A program made the translations under genes and the position numbers. Below, one piece after another: positions 19,441-28,583 of a DNA stretch of 46,228 nucleotides (the stretch's first letter is position 1; each line of letters opens with the position of its first letter). Below the pieces are notes generated by a model. It had not been told where the DNA came from. It did not search any database and saw only the letters and a program-made list of their open reading frames with translations. This DNA is from a virus (taxonomy: Duplodnaviria > Caudoviricetes), in IMG/VR virus record IMGVR_UViG_3300049003_000010, positions 1 to 46,228 of that record; one strand, given 5' to 3'.

Positions 19441-20180
19441 CTCAGTATAACCTGCCTCAGGACGTTGTAGACTACATCCAGGGGCTCGAGAAGCGCATCG
19501 AGAAGCTGGAGAAGCTCGTCCAGGTAGGCAACACCTCGATCGATAACGGCGCTCTACTCGTTAAGAAGGGCAACCAGGTTGTTGCAGCCTTCGGTGACCT
19601 GAGCGCTGTGTACGGAGGAGGCGGCTTCAAGAGGCCTGATGGCACACCTCAGATGGGTACTGTGCTGTATCGCGATAATGGTCAGATCGCCTTTGCCATC
19701 TGGGACGACAGCCCACTAGCGCCTCCTGGCTACCAGCAGTACTGGGCCTGGTTCGATCGCTCTGGTCGTGTCGTCTTCTCCGACGATACTGACTCGGGTT
19801 GGGGTCTGGCTACACCTTACATCCCGTCAGGTGTCTGGATTAACAACGACACAACTCAGTGGCCTGCACAGACGTCAGCTACTTTCACTCCTGCGTGGGA
19901 TAGTTACTACAGAGTGCAGCACAACAAGCTGTACGTAGACTTCCTGATGTACGTCGATGCAGGTACCACAGGGGAGGCACGGCTTACGATCGAAGGCACT
20001 CAGTACGGTCCTACCATCTCAGCCGCGGGTGTGGGATACGGTAACTTCGCCCAGGTACTCGACGTACCTCAGGCGTTGCACCAGAACGGGTATGTTCACC
20101 TCTCGATCGAGCAGAGGCGCGTTTCTGGTGCAGGAAACGTAAGAGTAAGTCCGCGAATCGCATATGGGAGGCAGACATGA
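19437..20180 (+). CDS. Minor tail protein
   Basis: N-terminal coil (IQGLEKRIEKLE), DDTDSGWGLATPYIP motif, beta-rich C-domain. Confidence 0.7.
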   Translation: MTQYNLPQDVVDYIQGLEKRIEKLEKLVQVGNTSIDNGALLVKKGNQVVAAFGDLSAVYGGGGFKRPDGTPQMGTVLYRDNGQIAFAIWDDSPLAPPGYQQYWAWFDRSGRVVFSDDTDSGWGLATPYIPSGVWINNDTTQWPAQTSATFTPAWDSYYRVQHNKLYVDFLMYVDAGTTGEARLTIEGTQYGPTISAAGVGYGNFAQVLDVPQALHQNGYVHLSIEQRRVSGAGNVRVSPRIAYGRQT

Positions 20181-20428
20181 AGCAGTTCTGGCTAGATGCA
20201 ACCGAGCGCGCAGTCAAGTCATTCGCGCAAGGGATCCTGACAGTGTTTATCGTCGGCGGAGGCTTCAATGCCTTCCACGCTGACTGGGGCAACGCCCTCG
20301 GAGTCGGACTTGGCGGGGCTGTGCTGTCGTACTTGACATCGCTACTGTCGTTCAGGTTCGGTAACTCGGGTACTGCCTCACTGACTAGTGCAGTCGAACC
20401 AGCCCTAGGCAAGCACGAAGCCTCATAA
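20177..20428 (+). CDS. Holin (r1t-like)
   Basis: FWLDATERAVKSFAQ and LSYLTSL...GTASL signature; two TM segments. Confidence 0.85.
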   Translation: MKQFWLDATERAVKSFAQGILTVFIVGGGFNAFHADWGNALGVGLGGAVLSYLTSLLSFRFGNSGTASLTSAVEPALGKHEAS

Positions 20429-20434
20429 CAGACC

Positions 20435-20490
20435 GCCACCCCCTGACTCACCGCCGGTTGCCAGCGGATCCTCCTGAGTCAGGGGGTGGC
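20435..20490. terminator. Bidirectional terminator between the convergent arms
   Basis: 16-bp perfect stem GCCACCCCCTGACTCA/TGAGTCAGGGGGTGGC. Confidence 0.8.
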
Positions 20491-20501
20491 CTCTGTCTAG
20501 A

Positions 20502-20603
20502 TCAGAAACCAAGGACCGTAAATAGAATCCCTAGCACTGTCATACAGACAAAGAAGCCCAACCAGAAGCTCACGGCGTCGGGCTTCCACTCGGTTTCCAC
20601 CAC
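20502..20603 (-). CDS. Small membrane protein (start uncertain)
   Basis: Single hydrophobic helix FWLGFFVCMTVLGILFTVLGF. Confidence 0.45.
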   Translation of the reverse strand: MVETEWKPDAVSFWLGFFVCMTVLGILFTVLGF

Positions 20604-21139
20604 CTCTCTACCAAGTCGGTCCGGTTCTCCCGGTTGACCAGATACCACAGGAGGTGGCGTGTCGCGTCCATCGCGTGCTTGCTGTTCGGATACCATAGCC
20701 CCGCATCCCTGATCTTCTTGTTCGCCTGAGGCCCACTGTCTGGGATGAACCCCTTCGCCTTGCCTGCCGTTTGCATGATGAGCGCCTGGAGCCCAGGAAA
20801 GGTACTCTGCATTCGTTCCTGCGCAAAGAGCTTCGTGACCCCGATGTACTCCCTGCTCATCAGGTTGATGTTGTTTCGGTCTCGCTTGTCCATGCTACGA
20901 AACTCGAAGCTCTCGCAGACGATCGTGAACTCTAATGTCTGCTGCATACCTAGAAACTCGTACAGCGCCAGGTGGTGGTCTTCAGGACCTATCTGTCCAC
21001 AAGCCCACTGCTCGTTGTAGTACTCCCAGGCTACATCAGCTCCGCCCGCTTCATAGTTCGGACCAGCTATGCGCTCAGCTGTGTAGCTTGACCATCCTGT
21101 AGTTCCGCCCGGGTCTAGTGCGAGGACTCTGTAAACCAT
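20570..21139 (-). CDS. ruvC: RuvC-like Holliday junction resolvase
   Basis: VLALDPGGTTGW, VCESF and HAMDATRH acidic-residue pattern of the RNase H fold. Confidence 0.8.
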   Translation of the reverse strand: MVYRVLALDPGGTTGWSSYTAERIAGPNYEAGGADVAWEYYNEQWACGQIGPEDHHLALYEFLGMQQTLEFTIVCESFEFRSMDKRDRNNINLMSREYIGVTKLFAQERMQSTFPGLQALIMQTAGKAKGFIPDSGPQANKKIRDAGLWYPNSKHAMDATRHLLWYLVNRENRTDLVERWWKPSGSPTP

Positions 21140-21176
21140 GTCTCACCCCTGTGGTTGGGTTGCTATGCACTCGGTT

Positions 21177-21274
21177 AGACTTAGGTTTGACGATCGCCCA
21201 ACCCCCTAAGGTTCACGAGCTCGTGTTATCAAGTCTAATGAGACTCTCAACGGGTTAGAATACCCCTTAGACTT
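21177..21274. repeat. Copy A of a 98-bp diverged inverted repeat
   Basis: Its reverse complement aligns without gaps to 38721..38818 at 69/98 identity (manual count). Confidence 0.85.
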
Positions 21275-21568
21275 TTAAGCAGGATGCTCAACGAAGAGCT
21301 TGTTCTTCTGGAACAGGTGCCAGACATACGGACCCTCCAGCACGGTGCCCACATACATCCATACACGAGGATCGCCAACGATCTCGCCTGTGGCCCTGAT
21401 GACGAATGTCTCAGTCACTAGCGTGTCGTCAGGTTCGGTGAGAACCCAGATGGTAGGCTGACCATGCTGAGCGTCGAAGTGTACGACCCTGGTGGTGAGA
21501 GGCATCGTCACCTCCTGCGGGTCTGCTGACCACTTCAGCTCGTACTTGTACACAGCCTGCTCATGCAT
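21275..21568 (-). CDS. Phage hypothetical protein
   Basis: CAGGAG RBS; VYKYEL...TG...YVGTV...VWHLF pattern familiar from phage hypotheticals. Confidence 0.7.
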   Translation of the reverse strand: MHEQAVYKYELKWSADPQEVTMPLTTRVVHFDAQHGQPTIWVLTEPDDTLVTETFVIRATGEIVGDPRVWMYVGTVLEGPYVWHLFQKNKLFVEHPA

Positions 21569-21893
21569 TGTCGTCTCCTGCCGATAGGTTCTTCTTGATC
21601 TGCGTGCGAACTGCATCGAGCTGAGCCTGAAGCTCTTCTATACGTGCTACCAGCTGCGCTTCTTTCTTCCGAAGCGACGAGGTAACCTTACGCCTAACCT
21701 CGATGTTGTCAGGGTCGAGATTAGTTCTATCGCCGTCGACGAACACCACTCGTTCTGTGTCACTAAGGGGCCGACCCAACTTCTCTTCGGCAACGAGGTG
21801 GTGGGTGAGTCTCCAGCGTTCCTCCGTTCTCGTGTAGTGGTAGCCGTTCTTCGCCACATGTGTGTCGCCGACTTCACTTCGACTTCCGCGCAT
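21561..21893 (-). CDS. Degenerate HNH-fold protein with C-terminal coiled coil
   Basis: HHLVAEEKLGRPL...VVFVDGDRTNLDPDNIEV; the catalytic His position reads VF. Confidence 0.7.
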   Translation of the reverse strand: MRGSRSEVGDTHVAKNGYHYTRTEERWRLTHHLVAEEKLGRPLSDTERVVFVDGDRTNLDPDNIEVRRKVTSSLRKKEAQLVARIEELQAQLDAVRTQIKKNLSAGDDNA

Positions 21894-22107
21894 TCGATTC
21901 CTCCAGCATCTTCTCGTCAGGAGTTAGATCGCCTTGTGTCATCAGACACATCGTGCAGACGACACAAGGCAGGTATACAATCTTCCTGCCGCAGCGGACG
22001 CATTCAGTCTTCTCCATCATCGGATCACGAACGCCAACGGGAGGACTATCAGCGATAGTACGACCGAGCCCAGTAGCCAGGCCTGCCAGCCTTTCATTCT
22101 CCGCCAC
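21874..22107 (-). CDS. Small zinc-finger protein
   Basis: CVRC...PCVVCTMC. Confidence 0.6.
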   Translation of the reverse strand: MAENERLAGLATGLGRTIADSPPVGVRDPMMEKTECVRCGRKIVYLPCVVCTMCLMTQGDLTPDEKMLEESNARKSK

Positions 22108-22426
22108 TCCCCTTCGAAGGCCTACCCGCGAGCTCCCAGCCCCTGCGTGCGAGGTTCCTTACCTTGAGTCCGAAGTGTGCTCGTGTCTTGTTGGGAATCA
22201 AACCGTTGTACTTGATGAGCAGCGCGAGGTAGGCGTGCACGGCGCCATGACCGTTCATGCATAGCGTAACCTTGTTCTCGGCTGTGTTCGGTCCACCCAT
22301 ACCCTCGGGCCAGATGTGGTGGCCGTTGAGAGGTACCCACTCGTCGTGCTTGTGCACAGCACATGTGTAGTCCATGATGAGAGTCTCATCATGACCGAAG
22401 TGCTGTTCGGTAACTGCGATCTCCAT
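22094..22426 (-). CDS. HNH endonuclease
   Basis: GHHIWPEGMGGPNTAENKVTLCMNGHGAVH; TGATG coupling to the polymerase stop. Confidence 0.8.
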   Translation of the reverse strand: MEIAVTEQHFGHDETLIMDYTCAVHKHDEWVPLNGHHIWPEGMGGPNTAENKVTLCMNGHGAVHAYLALLIKYNGLIPNKTRAHFGLKVRNLARRGWELAGRPSKGSGGE

Positions 22427-24753
22427 CACACGTCTCCCCAACTAGATCCGATGCTTGTCTCGGTAGCGAATGGTACGTAGTCGCCCACGATGTGCTCTGC
22501 TGCTAGTCGCATCTCCTTGTCCATCAAGGCACCAACCATCTCGGCATCCTCCTTCTTGCACTCGACGATCATGGCGTCGTGGATGATGTTACGAATGAAT
22601 CCTACCCCTCGCAGCTGAGGTCGGAGGTTCGTCAGTGCGAGCAACGTCATGTCGCTTGCAGTCGACTGCGGAAGGAACGCTAGTGCCTCGTTCATCACGT
22701 TCGAGATGTTCTCGTCCGTGATCAACCAGAACCGGCGATGACGGCCCCATGGTGTCACCAAGTCCTTTCCACTTAGGACATCGGTTCGCGTCTTCTCCCG
22801 AAACTCTACGATCTCCGGGATGACCTCGAAGAACCGATGCATACCCATCTTGGCTTCTTCGGTACTTAGCTTGTACTCCGACGCGATTGAGTACTCGGAA
22901 CGCCCGTAAGCAAGTCCGTATACGTAAGCCTTGACTCGAATACGGAGTTCCTTCCATGCGCTAGGTCCCATAGCATCCTTGCTCGCATCGGGATACAGAA
23001 CGGGTGTGAGCTCATCGAAGAGATCGCGGCCTGTTGCGAAAATGTCTCGGAAATACTGATCGCCGGCCAGGAAACTAAGCACCCGCAGCTCAGCCTGACT
23101 GTAGTCGGTATGGACGAATACGTGTGTATCTGGCTTGCTAGGAACAAACATTCGTCGAATGGAAGACTCCCGAGGAATGTTCTGGAGATTCGGGTTGCGA
23201 CAAGCAAGTCGTCCGGTTGTAGTACCGTGAAGCAGGAATGTTGGGTACACGCGCCCGCGGTACAAACGCTTGCGAATCCCCTTGACGTAGGTACCATAGA
23301 GCTTCGATTCCCTTCGGTGTCTCAGGAGGATCTCTGCGAACGTCTTGACGAGCTCGGGCGTCTGACGATGCTCGAGGAGGACATTCATCGTGTCCTCGTT
23401 GGTCGAGTCGACCTGAACACCGTTCTCAGCTAGCCACTTCTTGATCTGCAATGGAGAACGGGGATTGAGCCTCGTTCTGATAGCATCAGCCATCTCGTCC
23501 TCGATCTTGTCAATCGAGGCGATGTACTGCTCGGTGAGCTCGTCTAGGTACGCTTTGTCAATGGCAATGCCGTTGAGTTCCAGGTACATGATCTGATTCG
23601 ACGCACGAACCAGGAAGTCGTGGACATGTCGGAGTCCTTGTTCATCCAGCATTCGCTCGAACAAGGCCTTGAGTCGAAAAGTGCACACAACGTCGTAGGC
23701 GTTGTACTTGTAGAGCTTGTCGCGCGGGATGACTCCATAGCCGTCCTTCGGGCCGACGTACCGCTTGATCTCAGCCTTCCAGTTGGGAGCACCGAGGTAT
23801 TCCATACCCATACTGTCTAGTGAATGAATCCCTGGCCGCTCATCAAGTACGTAATGAGCAAGCATAGTATCAAAGTAAAGGTCCAGAGCACCCACGTGGG
23901 GGTACATTCCAGCAAGGTCGAACTTTCCGTTCTGTGCCGAGATTCTCTTTGCATGGAGCACATCTTTCATGGCTGTCATTACTTCTGGCGATCGGCAAGC
24001 TTCTTCGCCGATAACGATGGCACTATCAGGGCCATACGCAAGTCCCACACAGAGCATTCCGTACTGGTTGGGGTGGTCGAAGCCAGTATCCTTGTCAATA
24101 TCGACCTCAATGTCGATGACAAGGTCTTCTAGATCCTTCCGTGAGAGGAGTTCCTGAAGAACCTGGACGGCTTCCGTCGCGCCATCAAAGACCCTGTAGA
24201 CAGGTTCACTCCAACTGGGTGCTGGTACGACCGCCTTACTGATGTCCGTAACGATCGACGGAAAGAGGTCAGCTTGTCGGAGAGCTGCTGCGGGGTGGAG
24301 CGTACTGATAACTCGAACGTCAGGGAGGTTCTTGGCTGGCCTTCCGGGTCCGACTCGTAGCTTCGTAACACCAGTGAGCCCGAGAAGCGATTCGCTTGCA
24401 GAGTTCCCAAGCGCCACCACCGTTCCCACGCCCCTATCCTGGAGCTCCTGTAGAAGTCTTGGTCGACAGGCAGCGATGGCAGCTTTTGGCGGAGTCTCGT
24501 TGCCAGGCGGCCGACAGAGGCAAGCGTTGCTGAGAAGCACTTCTTCTCGCTTGATTCCGTATTCTTCCATGACTCGTTCGAGAAGCTTGCCGCTAGGTCC
24601 AACAAAGGGTCGACCGCCCTTGGCTTCCTGGGCTCCTGGAGCTTCTCCGACGAAAGCGAGCTCGGCCTTCTCTGGTCCTTCACTTGGCACGAACCTTCCG
24701 ATAGTGAGTAGTGGACAGTTATCGCAGTCGGCTTGCGGATGCTTCACACCCAC
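22426..24753 (-). CDS. polA: Family A DNA polymerase with N-terminal family-4 uracil-DNA glycosylase and 3'-5' exonuclease domains
   Basis: UDG: CDNC, GEAPG, CRPP, HPAA. Exonuclease: DIE, NGKFD, YNAYD. Polymerase: DYSQAELR, RIRVKAYVYGLAYG, HDA. Confidence 0.95.
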   Translation of the reverse strand: MGVKHPQADCDNCPLLTIGRFVPSEGPEKAELAFVGEAPGAQEAKGGRPFVGPSGKLLERVMEEYGIKREEVLLSNACLCRPPGNETPPKAAIAACRPRLLQELQDRGVGTVVALGNSASESLLGLTGVTKLRVGPGRPAKNLPDVRVISTLHPAAALRQADLFPSIVTDISKAVVPAPSWSEPVYRVFDGATEAVQVLQELLSRKDLEDLVIDIEVDIDKDTGFDHPNQYGMLCVGLAYGPDSAIVIGEEACRSPEVMTAMKDVLHAKRISAQNGKFDLAGMYPHVGALDLYFDTMLAHYVLDERPGIHSLDSMGMEYLGAPNWKAEIKRYVGPKDGYGVIPRDKLYKYNAYDVVCTFRLKALFERMLDEQGLRHVHDFLVRASNQIMYLELNGIAIDKAYLDELTEQYIASIDKIEDEMADAIRTRLNPRSPLQIKKWLAENGVQVDSTNEDTMNVLLEHRQTPELVKTFAEILLRHRRESKLYGTYVKGIRKRLYRGRVYPTFLLHGTTTGRLACRNPNLQNIPRESSIRRMFVPSKPDTHVFVHTDYSQAELRVLSFLAGDQYFRDIFATGRDLFDELTPVLYPDASKDAMGPSAWKELRIRVKAYVYGLAYGRSEYSIASEYKLSTEEAKMGMHRFFEVIPEIVEFREKTRTDVLSGKDLVTPWGRHRRFWLITDENISNVMNEALAFLPQSTASDMTLLALTNLRPQLRGVGFIRNIIHDAMIVECKKEDAEMVGALMDKEMRLAAEHIVGDYVPFATETSIGSSWGDV

Positions 24754-25526
24754 GAGTTGATCGCCTCCATGTTATCCCGGAGTAGCTTCTCCTGTGCTGC
24801 TTCGAATCCGTTCTCAAACGTAGCCGTTGCGAACTCGTCGATCGGCTGACGCTTGATACTTAGATTATAGCTTAGACTTCTAGAACCATTCAACGGGACG
24901 CTTTCGAGCGTTGCGTTCCAGGCCAAGCTGGTGTCGACGCTTCGAACTCCTACATCTCTGTAGTCGTAACCGTAGTAACGTAGCTCACTAACTTCATCAG
25001 GATGAGTACCGAGGAGGTGGATCTCACGACGTGGAAACTGATCTCGAAGTTCGGCAGCGATCTGAGCTCTTGCCGAGGGGGCAACGCTGAGGATGTGTCG
25101 CGGGATTCCGAATGAATGAATGAGCACAGGACACATATTTATTGCCTGCTCAGCGCAGTGGATAACTTCCTTGATCGTCTCACCCTGCGGTACGAACATG
25201 AACTTGAAGTCAAATCGGCGGATGAACGCCTCGTAGAAGGTCTGAGACAAAAGCTCCAACGTCAGATCCATGTTGCACATGACATCAGGCAGCACGACCT
25301 CTTGGACGTTAGCTGCCCTTGCCATCGCCAGAACATGGCCGAAGCTCACCATGCGTCCCTCGGCTACACCATTGTCGAGAGTGAGCCAGCCGCCCACACT
25401 GTCCCGTATGTAGAACTGGCGATAGGTGTCGTAGCGCATCAGTGCTGGCAGGAGCAGATGCTGAGTGCCGAGAATGTCTGAGACGTACGGAATGACCTTT
25501 GGCGGGAGGATGTGGCAGACCTTCAT
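24744..25526 (-). CDS. dpdA: TGT-fold 7-deazaguanine transglycosylase (DpdA-like)
   Basis: LDNG, LPDV, VPQG, IHLLG and SVDTS in TGT order; no C-terminal Zn site; adjacent to que genes. Confidence 0.75.
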   Translation of the reverse strand: MKVCHILPPKVIPYVSDILGTQHLLLPALMRYDTYRQFYIRDSVGGWLTLDNGVAEGRMVSFGHVLAMARAANVQEVVLPDVMCNMDLTLELLSQTFYEAFIRRFDFKFMFVPQGETIKEVIHCAEQAINMCPVLIHSFGIPRHILSVAPSARAQIAAELRDQFPRREIHLLGTHPDEVSELRYYGYDYRDVGVRSVDTSLAWNATLESVPLNGSRSLSYNLSIKRQPIDEFATATFENGFEAAQEKLLRDNMEAINSWV

Positions 25527-25840
25527 CGCTTCTGGAAGCCCTTCATCAGTTCGGACGTCGGAAGGAATGTGCCCGCCCCTGTGGTTTGAGTTCCCTCCAC
25601 GGCGGCTGCCTTCTCGGAAAGGAACGCCTGCAGCATCTTGACCTTAACTGCGGTGTAGCGTGCGTAGTTGATCAGGTCGAGGATCTCTTCGTACGCTTCC
25701 TGCAGAGTGTCTGCAGTAACGAACTTGAGTGGGCCGTAGGTCTCTGCCCCTTCGGTGTGTCGCTGGAACGTCTCCTCATCCACAGCGGTGAATAGACCTA
25801 CAAGGTACTGCTGGAACTCTTCACGCTCGTCCGTTGCCAT
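25523..25840 (-). CDS. Putative all-alpha NTP pyrophosphohydrolase-like protein
   Basis: GAETYG...LQEAYEEILDLINY with an EExxD metal-binding pattern. Confidence 0.55.
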   Translation of the reverse strand: MATDEREEFQQYLVGLFTAVDEETFQRHTEGAETYGPLKFVTADTLQEAYEEILDLINYARYTAVKVKMLQAFLSEKAAAVEGTQTTGAGTFLPTSELMKGFQKR

Positions 25841-26159
25841 TACCAAACCTCGCCTCATTCTCGGCACGCTTCATCTTGTAGGTCTCTTCTAGGTCGATGC
25901 CAAGCACAGCTGCAAGGTTCAGAACGTAGATGAACACGTCCGTGAGCTCCATTGCGAGGTTGCGCCTGACAGCGGCATTCTTCGGATCAAGAGTGCCGCG
26001 GTCGATCTTCTTAACGATGTCGATGAATTCGCCAGCCTCGCCCGCTAGTCCGAGACAGTAGTGGACGAGGCTGACGGACGTGCCTGGAAACCAGCGCCGA
26101 GAATCGTCGACACATTGCTTTGCCATTTCCCAGACACGCCCGCCAACCCGCAGTACCAT
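25821..26159 (-). CDS. mazG: MazG-like nucleotide pyrophosphohydrolase
   Basis: LGLAGEAGEFIDIVKK...ELTDVFIY...KRAENEARF. Confidence 0.88.
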   Translation of the reverse strand: MVLRVGGRVWEMAKQCVDDSRRWFPGTSVSLVHYCLGLAGEAGEFIDIVKKIDRGTLDPKNAAVRRNLAMELTDVFIYVLNLAAVLGIDLEETYKMKRAENEARFGNGNGRA

Positions 26160-26162
26160 TAC

Positions 26163-26837
26163 TCAGTGACCTCCACCGTTGATGCCTGCAAGGAACTCTG
26201 CCTTGGCCGTTCGTTCGTGGTCTGCGAAGACACCTCGCACAGCAGTCGTCCTCGTCTTAACCCCAGGCGTTTGCACACCGCGCATCGCCATACACAGGTG
26301 TTCTGCTTCGAGGACAACTACGACCCCCTTAGGCTGCAGCTTCTCTTCCAAGAAGTCTGCGATCTCGACCGTCAGGTCTTCCTGAACAGTCAGCGTTCGT
26401 GCCTTCGCCTGCACGGCTCGAGAGAACTTGCTGAGTCCTGCGATGCTATTGCCTGGCACGTAACCGATGTGAGCCATCCCGAAGAATGGTACGACGTGGT
26501 GTGCACAGAGCGTGTAGAACGGGATGTCCCGCAAGGACACCATCTCATCGAGGTGCTTGTCGTTGTCGAAGACAGTGAAGTCGAAGTCCTGAGGAGTTGT
26601 CAGGTCCTTCAGCATCTTGACGAAGCGTTCAGGAGTCTTTCTGGTGTGCTCCTGGGCATCGAAGTTGATCCCCGTGATGTGCTGTAGCAGTTCCTTTATC
26701 TCTCCCACTACAACGTTGTTGATAGGATCCTCCTCGTCGACAAGGCTGACATGGTCAGGCGATATGTACATCGCTCCCTGGCCAATGTTGCGAACTTCTG
26801 ATCCGTCCTGGCCTGGGCCAAGGTGCACACTACTCAC
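26163..26837 (-). CDS. folE: GTP cyclohydrolase I
   Basis: TPER, CAHHVVPF, GLSK, VQEDLT and HLCMAMRGV; GTGA-coupled start at 26837. Confidence 0.95.
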   Translation of the reverse strand: MSSVHLGPGQDGSEVRNIGQGAMYISPDHVSLVDEEDPINNVVVGEIKELLQHITGINFDAQEHTRKTPERFVKMLKDLTTPQDFDFTVFDNDKHLDEMVSLRDIPFYTLCAHHVVPFFGMAHIGYVPGNSIAGLSKFSRAVQAKARTLTVQEDLTVEIADFLEEKLQPKGVVVVLEAEHLCMAMRGVQTPGVKTRTTAVRGVFADHERTAKAEFLAGINGGGH

Positions 26838-27019
26838 TGCACAACTCCCGTATCGATCAGTTCTTGGCACACCGCGATCATCAGCGACTTGTTCTGCTGC
26901 GGAACCTCACTCCAGGGCTTGGCTGAGGCTTCTCGTGTCTTGTATCCGTAATCAGGAGCAAGACGCTCGTACGTCTCGTGGAACTTCTGTGCCAGGATTT
27001 CTGCTGCAACTGAAGGCAT
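26834..27019 (-). CDS. Small hypothetical protein (weakly RyR-repeat-like)
   Basis: LAQKFHETYE...PWSEVPQQNK; coupled on both sides inside the que operon. Confidence 0.65.
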   Translation of the reverse strand: MPSVAAEILAQKFHETYERLAPDYGYKTREASAKPWSEVPQQNKSLMIAVCQELIDTGVVQ

Positions 27020-27732
27020 TACACTCCCCTTGCGTCTGCGGGCCAGAGGTACTTGTGTGTCTGCACGTTGAGGTGCCAGGGCAGACCTTCCTGCTCGAGT
27101 AGGTCAACAAGTGTCGCTTCAGTGAAGTGCTCCTGACCCCAGACGACTCCTGCCCACCACTGAGCTGACGTGAAGTCCGCCCAGTTCTCCCAGACTCGAA
27201 TAGCGTCTTCGAAGTCCTGGTGATGCTTGATGACCAGCTTGATGGCATCGGTCGGCTTGAGCCTCTGGATGTTCCGCTCCGTCAGCTCTGTTGCAGGATT
27301 ACCTGAGCCTGGCAGCTTCCAGTCCATGACGAAGTTGACGAGCTCGAATGCCCAGTCAGGGTACTCGATCTGTCCGTTCGAGAACGCTTCGACCTGGATG
27401 TCGTGAGCTAGGAGTTCCTCCACGATGTGGTGGAGCGCTTCGTGGTTCTGGAGGAACGGTTCGCCACCGGTGAGACAGACGTTGGCGATGTTGGCATCTT
27501 TGCACTTGTCGAGGACCTGCCGTAGAACCTGGCCAGCAGATCGGCGCTCCCAATCTGCCCTAAATTCCGGTAGTACAGCGAACAGAGTGTCACAGGGCCA
27601 ACCCGGACAACGAAGGTTACAGCCTCCGAAGCGAAGGAAAAGAGTTCCCATTCCAGTACGAGGACCTTCACCCTGAACTGACGTGTAGATTTCGGAAACA
27701 CGAACTCCCACCTCTTTACGCTCCTCGGACAC
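27019..27732 (-). CDS. queE: 7-carboxy-7-deazaguanine synthase (radical SAM)
   Basis: SEIYTSVQGEG, FLRFGGCNLRCPGWPCDT, LTGGEP, MDWKLPGS, QTHKYLW. Confidence 0.93.
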   Translation of the reverse strand: MSEERKEVGVRVSEIYTSVQGEGPRTGMGTLFLRFGGCNLRCPGWPCDTLFAVLPEFRADWERRSAGQVLRQVLDKCKDANIANVCLTGGEPFLQNHEALHHIVEELLAHDIQVEAFSNGQIEYPDWAFELVNFVMDWKLPGSGNPATELTERNIQRLKPTDAIKLVIKHHQDFEDAIRVWENWADFTSAQWWAGVVWGQEHFTEATLVDLLEQEGLPWHLNVQTHKYLWPADARGV

Positions 27733-27937
27733 GATTGACCCTTCGTGCTGCTCGCGCAGCCTTGTTCTTCGCCCGCCGATGTCTGATTTCCTCGTGGGCC
27801 ACGGTACCGGCGTACATCTGGTAACCAGTCTGGTTCATCACTCGAAGGAAGTTCGAACGTGTCTCGTATGATGCACCGCTGACGCGCTCGTCCTCTTCAT
27901 CCGATGCCTTCTTGAAGAGTTCGGCTAAGCCCTTCAT
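27716..27937 (-). CDS. Hypothetical protein
   Basis: ATGA-coupled to queD; basic C-terminus. Confidence 0.6.
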   Translation of the reverse strand: MKGLAELFKKASDEEDERVSGASYETRSNFLRVMNQTGYQMYAGTVAHEEIRHRRAKNKAARAARRVNRVRGA

Positions 27938-28410
27938 ACTCCCGCTCCATTCGTTGCTGTCTCTTCGACGTCGACGTAGATCGACATGTCAGGAAGTTCG
28001 AGCTCCATGTGGTTCTTAATCCACTGCGCGATGTTCTCGACTGACGGATCGGCTGGCCAGATCTGAAGACCTGGCAAATGCTCGAAGCGGGGCATTCCGT
28101 CTTCGTAGAGCGCCCTAGGCGTTAGGGGCTTAGCCCAGGGATCTGCCTGGTTGAGGTGCAGATGATGATCCCAGACCTCGTCGAGGTAGCCTCGGAACGT
28201 CTTCTTGAGACCTCCGAAGTCGAGAGGAGTACCGTCCGGTCCGAGAGCGTATCCGTTGGTATCCTTGTCAGCATCGATACCAAGTGTCACTCGCATCGAG
28301 TGCCCGTGAATCTGCTGGCACTTACCAGGCAGATGCATGAGCCGATGCGCCACTTCGATGTTGTGCCTGACGAAGATGCTTGTTCTATCAGGACTCGGCA
28401 ACGTACTCAA
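27934..28410 (-). CDS. queD: 6-carboxytetrahydropterin synthase
   Basis: AHRL...CQQIHGHS, LDFG, WDHHLHLN, PSVENIA, ETAT. Confidence 0.92.
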   Translation of the reverse strand: MSTLPSPDRTSIFVRHNIEVAHRLMHLPGKCQQIHGHSMRVTLGIDADKDTNGYALGPDGTPLDFGGLKKTFRGYLDEVWDHHLHLNQADPWAKPLTPRALYEDGMPRFEHLPGLQIWPADPSVENIAQWIKNHMELELPDMSIYVDVEETATNGAGV

Positions 28411-28558
28411 CCTTTCCTGTCTCCATGACGAGGCGCTTGACTGCAGGCTTCATCGAGCTGGGCGGCATCGGGTCGTTCTGACTCTCACGCGAACGACGTC
28501 GCAGGATACGGTTCGCTCCCACAGGCTGCATGTACAGAGCTACAGGGAAAGACGGCAT
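28388..28558 (-). CDS. Small hypothetical protein
   Basis: AAGGAG upstream of ATG 28558; fills the gap before queD. Confidence 0.45.
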   Translation of the reverse strand: MPSFPVALYMQPVGANRILRRRSRESQNDPMPPSSMKPAVKRLVMETGKVEYVAES

Positions 28559-28583
28559 CGTGTTGTCCCACTCCTTGACAGTC

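Noticed and set aside
24860-24897. Possible third copy of the 98-bp repeat inside the dpdA-like gene
   Set aside because: Only TTAGACTT and TCAACGGG match, and their spacing does not fit the alignment.
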